Assembly (NCBI GenBank): GCA_973895155.1
Contig: OZ316892.1
Location: 27,366,307 to 27,430,306, forward strand
Reading direction: 5' to 3'
Source: Marsupella aquatica
Lineage: Eukaryota > Plantae > Marchantiophyta
Length of the DNA stretch: 64,000 bases
How positions within the stretch are numbered: the stretch's first letter is position 1; the number at the start of each line of letters is the position of its first letter. Position numbers and translations under genes: made by a program. The notes under the pieces are model-generated. The model saw nothing but the letters and a program-made list of their open reading frames with translations. It was not told where the DNA came from and searched no databases. Shown one piece after another: positions 14,169 through 24,400 of this stretch.

Positions 14169-14494
14169 TGTAGAGGTTAACTCAGTCTTGGGTTGAACTA
14201 TGGTTAGGATGTTAACTAGGGTTAGAGTAAACCCTAGTTGAAGAGATTGATCCTTATCTCTTCAACTTGTATGTGGTGTGAGAACACACACAAGAGAGTT
14301 CTCAAGAGAGAACACAGGGATATAGCAAGATATGAGAGCTTGAAGAGATGAGAGCTATGGTGATGCTTGAGTACACACATAACCGCTAATAAAGCTTGGT
14401 CTTCCCGTGGACGTAGCCAACCTTGAGGCGAACCACGTAACTATTGAGCACGTGCATGTTTGGAGTGTTTTTCCTGATCTGATTTCTCTCCACA
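14169..14494 (+). repeat. LTR (326 bp), terminal 3' LTR
   Basis: TG...CA. Differs from the internal LTRs at 14331 (T vs G), 14430 (G vs A) and 14489 (T vs C). Confidence 0.95.
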
Positions 14495-14595
14495 CTCAAA
14501 GCTTCATAGTGATGGATGATGAGTTTTGGCCATAGCTTTTCACACGGGTATGTAAAGTTGTTTTCTGTTTTTCACTAGCCTCTACAATGACTTAT

Positions 14596-16225
14596 GGTCA
14601 TGGCATATGACAAATCTTTATGGCAAACAGTAATGATACATGAATTTGGTAGGTTGTACATTTTTCTGTCCCTAAGCTTAATTAGGTAGTTAAGTTCCAT
14701 CCAATTTTGACATTTGAGACCCTTATTGAAAGAAAGGGAAGAAGAAGGGTGGGAGAGAGCTCGTCCTCTCCTCCGCTCCACCAGTAGAGTACCAGTAGAA
14801 GAGCGGGTCATGGCATGTGACCAATCTTTATGGGAAAATGTAATCTAATATGAATTTGGCAGTCTGTAACTGCTTAGGTCCCTAACCTTTAGTTGAACTG
14901 CTAAGTTAGAGTCAACCGCATCTTGAGATTTGAGACCCCCCACTTGAAGAAAGGGAAGAAGAAGGGCCATAATCTAGTATGAATTTGACAGTCCATCGAG
15001 CAGTCCATGACTGTTTTGGTCGCTAACCTTAACTTAGTTTAACTTCTAAGTTAAGGTCCATCAAATTTTGGGGTTTAAGACCCCCCACTGGAAGAAGAAG
15101 GGCTCTAATGTAATAGAAAATTGACAGTCCATAGGGCCAATCAAATTTTGAGGATTAAGACCCCCCACTGGAAGAAAGGGAAGAAGAGGGCCCTAATCTA
15201 ATATGAATTTGACAATCCATGACTTTTTCCAACCCTAATCTTAACTTAGTTTAACTACTAAGTTAATGTCCATCAAATTTTGAAGTTTAAGACCCCTCAC
15301 TGGAAGAAAGGGAAGACGAAGGGCTCTAATGTAATATAATTTGACAGCCCATAACGTTTTTGGTCCCTAACCTAACCTTACTGCAGTATAAGTATTAAGC
15401 TCAGGTTCATCAAATTTTGAGGTTTGGGACCCCCCATTGGAAAAAAAAGGAAGAAGAACTCACTGCCCTAATCTAATATGAAATGGACAGTCACAACCTC
15501 TTTGGTCCCTAATCTGAACTTAGTTAAACTACTAAGTTAAGGTCCATCAATTTTTGAGGCTTGAGACCCCCCACCTAAACCAAGGGAAGAAGAAGGGCCC
15601 TAATCTAATATGAATTTGACATTTAATTTAACTTAGTTTAAACCACCACTAACCATATAAAAGGGGGAAGTGTCCAATGTTTCTCCCTTTTCACATTTCA
15701 CTTCCCCCTTTTATATGGTTAGTGGTGATTTAAATACTATAGTCCCTTCTCACTTGCTTCACAATCTCAGGAAAATGGTATTATCAATGGTGAAACGTGT
15801 TGGAAGTTTTGTCATGGTTAGTGGTGGTTTAAATAATAAAATTAAGGTCCATCAAATTTTGAGATTTGAGACCCACCACTCGAAGAAGAAAGGGGAGAGA
15901 GGTTTTGTCATGGTTAGTGGTGGTTTAAATAATAAATTAAGGTCCATCAAATGAGATTTGAGACCCACCTTCTCACTTGCTTCACAATTTCAGTAAAATG
16001 GTATTATTAACGGTGAGCCTTGTTGGATTCAGAGTTTGTCATGGCTAGTGGTAGCCATGACAAAATCCTTCACACTTGCTTCACTATTTCAGGAAAATGG
16101 TATAACCTGTTGGATTCAGGTTTTGTCATGGTTACGGTAGTGGTGGTTTAAATACTAAATTAAGGTCCAACAAATTTTGAGATTTGAGACCCACCACTCG
16201 AAGAAAGGGAAGAAGAAGGGCGGAG
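14596..16225. repeat. Degenerate tandem repeat region (~120-bp core unit)
   Basis: Recurring GGTCCATCAAATTTTGAG..GACCCCCCACTGGAAGAAAGGGAAGAAGAAGGGCCCTAATCTAATATGAATTTGACAGTC..CCTAACC..AACTTAGTT blocks (~10 partial copies), plus a second unit containing CATGGTTAGTGGTGGTTTAAAT. Confidence 0.8.
15637..15734. repeat. 36-bp inverted repeat (fold-back, 1 mismatch, 26-nt spacer)
   Basis: TTTAAACCACCACTAACCATATAAAAGGGGGAAGTG (15637-15672) pairs with CACTTCCCCCTTTTATATGGTTAGTGGTGATTTAAA (15699-15734). Confidence 0.85.
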
Positions 16226-17497
16226 AGAAAACTCCTCGTGTCCTCTGCTACTGCAGTAGTAGTAGAGTACTACTGTAGCAGAAGAGCGGCAGCAGCACAA
16301 AAGACTGGACAGTCAGTCTACTGCAATAGTACCTCTCTAGGGAAAGGAGGACGAGGCGGAGGAGGAGGGGGACAGCGCAAGAAGGCGCGGTTTGGTCGCA
16401 AAAATTAGAAGACCGACTCTCTCGCCCTCTCTCTCTCTCTGCATTTGTGTTTTCTCGTCTTTCACTCGTCTTTCTCGTCTCTCTTTCCGCATCCCGCATC
16501 CCGCAGCCGTCCCTTCTGCGTGAATTTGCGTCAGCAGCCCGCTCCAGCCTGCGGGAGTCGGTCGTCGATAGATTTTTCGTTCGGGTGCACAAAATCGCTT
16601 CCACATCTCCTGCATCCGTTACCTCTGCATGCGGTCTAGCCGGTCGTCGTGATCTTCTCGCGGTCTGCTGTGAAGCGAGAGAGGTGGAGAGAAAGATTGC
16701 TAGTGATAGAGTCGTAGTGTTGTGCAAAGTAGGCGAGAATCCAGAGAAGAAGCGCTTTTCCGCTTGGCGAATTGCTCATTCGGGGGCGGTAGGCACTACT
16801 ACTACTACGACGACGACGACTGTACGAAGAAACGTTGGGCTTCCCACTTCTTTGGCTGTGGGCGGTGGTCCGAGTGCTTTGGTTTGAATATTGAGGGGGC
16901 GGGATATGTCTGTTGGGTTGTCAGTTTGTCACGACCTTGGTGTCTATTTTGTCGCGAGAGTCAATAGAGACACGGACACATTGTACTGCAGTGCTGGGAG
17001 AAAGAAGGCGCTCGCTTATCAGGGAGGAAGCGGAGCAACGGGCTAGAAAAACCGGCATTGTAGGCAACGGACGGGCTTGCAGTCTGGCTGGTTACCGAGT
17101 AGGATAAATTAATGCGTCTCTGGTTTGTTTGTACGTGCTTAACGAGGAAGCGGCTCTGAAGCGGAGGAGGAAGGAGGCGACTAGAAGAATAAGGAGGTGG
17201 AGCTATTAGTGCAGTGCTGTCGACAAGTATAAGGACAGTTGGAGGAGTTTTGGGGAGATTGAGGAGTTTTAGGAGGTTGAAGAGTTGGAGGCGCGTAGGG
17301 AACGAATCAGACCTGAGGTTGGGGAGGTTTTGCATTGTGCTGCGGGGTTTCGTTTGATCTTGATAACGACATCGTCGCTTCTGGTGATGAGTGTTTGAGG
17401 TAGGACGCTAGTGTCAAATACCAGCGGCATTTTTGTGTGGATCATCAAGGCGTCATCGTGCTCTGCTGAGCGGCCATTAAGAGTAAGGTGCGGCGGA

Positions 17498-20400
17498 ATG
17501 GCGGCAACCAATATCGGGATGATGGACGGGGCGTATTTCGTGGGGCGGAACGAGATTCTGTCGTGGATTAACTCAACCTTGAGCCTCAATTTGAACAAAG
17601 TGGAAGAGGTATGTGTCTCCGTTTGCCTTCACCTTCAAATTCTTCTGATATGATCATCAGCATAGAAAGATGGAAGGGGTCGTTTGGTGGTGGTTGTAGC
17701 GGTGGACACCTTTTTGCATCCGTTCCGCCAAGATGATGGATTGCTCATTTCGATTGCAATAACATCTATCTCCCTTCTTGACCACTGCCCTTTCTACAAA
17801 ACTGAGGCAGTCTTGTTCGATAGCTTGGAGTTGTTGGACAGCTCCCAAAGGCCAAATTTCGGCTTCTGTTGGTCATGTGTTAGTCTTTTGTTCGTGGACG
17901 CCGGTAGGTGCATGTAGTAACCGCCAGTCATTGTGAAAAGTTTATGTTATGACAGGTTCGGGATAGTATAGTCAGTAATGTAGGTCCCTCTGGTACACCA
18001 GGTGAAAATGCCTTCCTCCTACTTTACGTCACTTTCCGAGCACTCTGCACTTCTACGCCTCCTCATCCATCTGTTGCCACTTCGTCCTAATCGGAGCATG
18101 AAGTGCCTGATGTGGCGTGCCAGAACGTGCAGTTCTGGCTCGGGGTGATGCGACTGGTGTGTGCGTGGGGTGGGACTCAGTGGTTGTAGTCCATTTGGTT
18201 AAATTCTCATCGTGTAGCGCAATGCTTAATGTAATTTAGGGAAGGCTATTTGCCCCTTTTTGTCTCGCCTCGTGCTGCTAGTGCGTACTGAGAGGATGCA
18301 CCTCGTGGTAGCTCAGTGTCGTTATGGGAGGGGTGAGTTCCCTTTTGTGTCCTAGCTCGTACTGCTGGGGGGTCTGGGATATTGCACCTTGTGTCGCAGA
18401 TGCCTTTGATTGTGCAGTCCTTGGACTCTGCTATTATCTTCGATGCACTGCAAGTTAGATAAAGGATGAGAGGTCGGGTACCTGCCCAAACTTTGTTTGC
18501 TCAGGAGTGCTCGACTTTGAGAACATTCCTTGTTCACTTCTCCATCGTGGTGACCTTGAGGAGGTCGAGTAATGCCGCAAGAGGCTCGACCTCAAAGGGC
18601 ATTCAGGGAATAATTCCATCCATAGTAGGGAGAATGAGAGAAGACTGAGTTTTGACGGCATTGATGTTGTCGTCACCTGTCGGCGGCAACCGTTCGGACG
18701 GCAATGTGTAGACCAAAGTAAATTCGTCAATGATGCGCTAGTTCACTGTGGTGCCGGTCATTTTGACCTTTGCCAAAATTGTTTTGCGAAACTATCCGTT
18801 GCGTCGCCAATGCATCGTCGTCGGCGCGGGATGCGGTTCCGTTTGTCCTATTGTTGGGAACTACCCAGCAGAGATTGTAACAGTTCGTTCATTGTCCTTG
18901 TTCGACATGTCCGTACTCTCACGAAGTTCGACGAAGTGAGTGGAAGTCAAACAGGTTTGGTGGCGGCTCTTCTCCGCAGTCTTAAGGATGGCTCTTCTGC
19001 CGTTGTTGAGAACCTGGGCTCTAGAGAGCTTGCCAGAGTGTTGCGATAGGATGAATGAGCCCATGGAGATATCAGTGTGGGGGCATGAGTGGATGGAATG
19101 AATCAGTAGTTGACTGTAGCGTTTCTTTTTCGCGGTGCGAAGAGTATTCTCCCTTGGCGCTGTTGAAATCACGTCTCTAGATAACTCTAAAATGAGCGTT
19201 TCAAATGTAAAACGGGTCAGTTGACCGTCTACTAATGGGTGGATCGTCTTTCGATTCCAAAGCAAAAACGTTGTGGAAAACGGGTCATTGGAGTCCTTAG
19301 ATCGAGATTTTGAAACTGAGAACCCTCGCTATTGTGCAGGCTGCTTCTGGAGCCGTGCACTGCCAGCTGCTGGACGCCACGCATCCGGGTGTTGTACCTA
19401 TGCACAAGGTCTGTTATTTATGAATTATTTACTGATATCCAGCCTTGCTTTGTTCTCTGCAATTCGATTTCTGAACTATCTTCCTCGCTGCCATTGGCTT
19501 TTGCTACCCGAAATCGATTGAGGAAGTGGTTTATCGTTCGTGTACCTGCAGGGCTAGAGATTCTAAGTTCGTGAAACTGGTGCATTTCTAATTGCCTTTT
19601 CCGACATTTTCTGCAGGTGAACTTTGACGCGAAGACGGAATATGAAATGATCCAGAACTACAAGGTGTTACAGGATGTCTTTAACAAACTCAAGATTAGC
19701 AAGGTACGCTTATCAGTTTCGGCCAATCGAACTCAAGGTCACTCGGTGGTTTTCCTCACGCTTTACCGGAGACACGAGAAGATGCTGGATGTCAACCAAT
19801 GTGGCTCATATTTGCGTGGCTTGTCCTCATTTTTTGGTGCAGCACATTGAGGTTAGCAAGTTGGTGAAAGGAAGGCCACTGGACAATCTCGAATTTATGC
19901 AGTGGTTGAAAAGATACTGTGACTCTATAAACCCTGGCTTAGGATCTGGGTAAGTCGCCGATGACAATTTCAATGCCCTGTATAATCTGGAACCTGTTGG
20001 TTAGTCATGGGTCTCTGAATCCCTATCTGAAACATTGGCAATTTGCCTTCAGATATACTGTTGGGCTCTATTATCCTGAATAAGTATCCTGCACTAGGCG
20101 GTTGCCATTCCTTTTCCGTTTCCTCTGCTTGTTACCGTCATGTTATGTTGATGTTGGCTGTGTCCTTTCTCAGGTACAATGCTACAGAGAGACGAGAGTC
20201 CTGCAAAGGAGGGAGGGAGGCAAATAAGAAGGCATTTCTGCCAAGTAATGCTGCCCCCTACTCATCTGGCAAGTCAACTCCTTCCAGCACCCGGCCCAGC
20301 ACTCCCGCCATGTCTGCTCTGCGCAAGACTGACAACTCACATACGACATCCAGTGGCATGAGTGAGTTGCTCGTCTCTTGTGTGCATCCCCTAGGATGAT

Positions 20401-21475
20401 AAGATTGGTTCCGATTTTTTTTTGATTGTGCTCTGTAAGTCTCGTTATATCACTAATATGTCATTCATTCTAGAGGATTACCTAAGGCCTCGGTAACCTC
20501 ACTGTGAACGTTACGTGTTCATGCAGTGAACAGAGGAGGAAAACATGCATCTAGTCTGCCGAATGTATCAAGTGTCCCACCAGCCCAAATTCAGGCTCTA
20601 AATGAACAGGTAAGGGCTGAAACTTTCCTCACCGCGACACTTCCTCATTGTAATGTTTTTATGGATTGTATAATATTGCTTCAAGATGTTTCAAGCTGTA
20701 GATCTTTGATTTGTGCAATTGATACAGTCCGACGAAAACTGGACTTCAAGACTACTTGACATTGAGTGAAGATTCCTCGCACTGTCGTCCATGTTTACAG
20801 ATAACAGAGCTGAAACTGTCAGTTGATAGTCTGGAGAAAGAAAGGGATTTTTACTTTGCGAAGCTGCGGGACATTGAGATACTATGCCAAAACCCAGAAT
20901 TGGGCCATCTTCCTGTACGTGTCATGATCGCAAATGCTGCCACCTTTGTTTGCGAGTGTCATGCAATCCCAGATGATTGCAGCTAAGTGAAGGAAGTATT
21001 ATAGGGTGGGGCCAAGAATGCATGTTATTACCTTCTGGCTTTCTCAAAGGTTTTTCTTTAACCTTTTGGCTGCATCAGACGTTTGACACCGTACTGGGTT
21101 TTTGCCGAGTGCATGTGGACACCGCTTCGAGGATGAAAAAAATATCGATTGTTCTGTGCACAGGTGGTTATGGCAGTTCAAAAGATTCTGTACGCAGCTG
21201 ATGACAACCCTTCAGTGATTGCTGAAGCTCAGGCGTTGATCAGTCAATCTGCTGCTCGGGAAAGCCCTAAGGACTCCTTAATGGAAGATGACGATGATTC
21301 CTTTTTTGACTCCTTGACAGCACGGCGTGATGCTCACAAGCGCAAACAACAGCTCTCCCCTCCCGAGACTACTGATGAGGCTTCCTTGCTTCTATCACCA
21401 AGGCAACGCAGAATATCCTGTGGGGACTCTAATGGAGACTTTCTTCAAGGAGTATCACCTGTCAAGGTACAGTAA
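17498..21475 (+). CDS. EB1: Microtubule end-binding protein EB1 (RP/EB family), EB1c-like tail; 8 coding exons
   Basis: Exons 17498-17608, 19340-19408, 19617-19703, 19843-19949, 20174-20361, 20527-20609, 20801-20914, 21164-21475, all GT-AG and phase-consistent. CH domain ([52 protein letters not shown]) and EBH domain ([20 protein letters not shown]). Confidence 0.95.
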
Positions 21476-24400
21476 CACAGTCAGACAGGTATTTCAAAGT
21501 TGGATTATCAGTGGGGCCTGCTTACGGAAGCTCACTTCCATTTTTTTTGAATCCAGGATGCAATGGCAAGTGCTCCAATGATGGGGGAGGTATAGTATTT
21601 ATACCAACTAGTCATTTAAGAGGTATTTATGTTCAGTTACTGTTAGTTGTAAATGAAGCAGGTCATCTGGATGTTACTTGGGAATCTGGAAGAATCTACT
21701 TGTTTCTACAGACATTCCCACTGGATTCTTTCATATAAGTGCACATTGTGGGAGATGGTAAAAGCAATTTCTGAGATGTACATCCTCTACTACCCACATG
21801 CATTTTAAATCTTTGCGCGAGTTCTCGTAATGCCTAGCTTACCGCATATTTTACAAGGCCATGACAGTGTCAGCGTATGCGCTCGATTGGTGCAAATTTC
21901 ATATGTTTGTCTGTGCCTTCGCTCACACTGGAGCTTTTGAATATCCAAGTGGTGCTATTTTTGATTTTCCACAGTACTGTGTTAGTTTCCCCGTGAATTA
22001 GTGGTTTCATTGCTGCGCTTGTGATCTACAGTGTATGCATCATGGGTCGCCGCAGATGCTACCGTAAAGCTGTTTTGTGGTCTTATGCTTGTTGTAACTA
22101 ATTATTCCATCTCGTGTATGAACTCGTTTTCTTGACATGATTGGGACTTAATGTCTTGTTGCGTGTCTTGTTGCGAGACACCTATCTAATGAACTCATTG
22201 TTAAATATCTTCTTCTTTAGTGAAATGTTTACAGCCGAGCCATGTTTTCCAGTTTTGAGTTGCAAGATGGCGTCCTAGATATCGTTCCTAAGTGGTGGGC
22301 GCAATCACCTAACCACGCCAAGGGCTTGTGGAACAAATGCCGAAGCCCACGCGGAATTTCGTGATCAGTCCTCTTTACATTTTCCCTCTTTTTAATTCAG
22401 TGATTGTCCTGCAAGCTAGTTCTGATCCTAGAGACCGAAGGAGGTCTTTATGGTGCAAGCAGAGGAATGGTCAGCAGAAGGCTGGTGGGGAAGACGGCCA
22501 AGATAGCAGAGTTTTTCAATAGTTGTAGGTTGGATCAAATGCCCCCTACCCGCAAGCGTGATTACATTGTTGTTTAGATCCGATTTAGTAGACAAATCTT
22601 TGCACCCTGTCCAAACGCTTGTAGGCTTGCACAGGGCTAGTCTGTACGTGCGAGGAAGGGAAGGAGCCTTTAGGTCTCAGATGTTCGGGGCCTAGAGAGA
22701 ATGGTTGATTGAGCGCAGATTGTCTTTTGTCCCCTGATCGTTCACCTTGTGAGACTTGGGGGGCATGGTATCAACTTGACCAAAAAGAATAGAAGTGCTC
22801 TCTCACCTCGCCGAGCAAGCGGCTGAGAACTAAAAAGTAGACTCATACATCAGTTGTGTTGTTTGGAAGTTTCTATGTAGAAATTTCGTGGGTCTGACCA
22901 TCCTGGTCATTCTGCTTTTACTACAGCCTCGTCATAGTCTGCATGCTACCAAGATGGCTCAGATATTTATGCGACAGTAACTAAGACAAAACTCTCCATC
23001 AATTTCAGTTCAAGGGGACATGAATTGATGATTTGGAGATGTATCATCGGACTGCGAGCGATTGTTCCCCTCTGGTTGATGCAGCGGGCAGCCCAGTGCT
23101 AGGTATCAGTTCACTCCTTCACCTTTGCCTGCGATCCTCATTCGCCTTTGAATGCTGGGAAATCTGATGAGAGCAGGAGCTTATGTCTAGGGGTAGGAGT
23201 GTATATTTATACAGGTGATGCTCTTTATGACACTCCCACTCCATCGCCAGAATTTGATCCTTTCCCCTCAGCTAATCTTCGTTGAAAGCGATGTAATGCT
23301 CTCTTGCAGCAGCGGTACCCCTAATAAAGGTGCGAGAAAAAGTAAATTCCATCTGATGGGATTCTTAGTAATAAGCCTCTCTTGCCTAGGTTTTCTGGTG
23401 TTGGGAGAGTCGGTTGGATTTTTCTAGACTGAAAAGTAGACGATTTCACCTGGTGAGCTAAGGATATTATACGTTTGGACCTTAAAGTTGGAGAGGGTTA
23501 TAATGAATAGATATCTCTAAGGTCATCTACATGTTTACGTCAGTTCAACGGTGATGGCTTTGTTGAATGAGATTGGCCTGTCCTCTGGTCTGGTACTAGA
23601 CTCCCGTGGCCCTTGTGAGAATTTTGTCAATTTACGGAGGTCAACAGTAATCGAATCACCTTGATTTGTACTGATCTTGCCTCGTGTTTTTAATAGAGTA
23701 GTCCCAGTGGCGGGATACATACCATTGCTTGTGTATTTTAAGTCTTGGATTTCACATGACTTCTGGCAATTTCAGCGGTTGTAGACACTAATGAAGTAAA
23801 ATAGTGGTCTATTTTCTCGCCGTTGCTTCTTGAGAGCATGACCTCAAGGTTCTCTATTCGTCCACGTCCTCTCCACCCCAACCATTTCCGACTTGTCCTA
23901 CGAATAAGCTGACCTAGTACTGCTGGGGAGGTCATCGAAGTAGGCTTTGCAGCTGTAACACCTAATTCTTTTCACGCAAAAGCAGTACACCATGATGCGT
24001 TCTCTTGATGTCTACTGTCCATCTGGAAACGACCTGTCCCGTCTCGCCTCATCAAAGACGTCGTTCAGTAGTGAACATGTAGACCCCAATCAATAATGTT
24101 CAACCCTGCATTTGCTAGAAGCCATTGCAGACATCTCCGACTGAGTCTCTCTGATGTCATGTTTTGCATTGCAAATGGACTCCAGGTCAAGGTTAACGGC
24201 GTTGCATATATAATTCCGCACGAAAATGAATTGGAACTTCAACTTGTAGCTGCCACACCCAAGGTTCGCCCCTAGCTAACCTCATTTTACCCAATTAATT
24301 CTTGAGCACTAACACGTTTGTCATTCACTGTCCAGACATAGTCGTTGTTCCCCTCCTGCTTGTCAGTTTGCTGCTTGAGTGCAAGCACATGGCTAGAGCT

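Larger units (their letters stand above)
8542..14494 (+). mobile_element. Ty1/copia LTR retrotransposon, tandem copy 3 (right terminal copy)
   Basis: Same structure shifted by 5627 bp. Ends at LTR 14169-14494, followed by non-element sequence CTCAA (candidate TSD) instead of the PBS. Confidence 0.96.
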
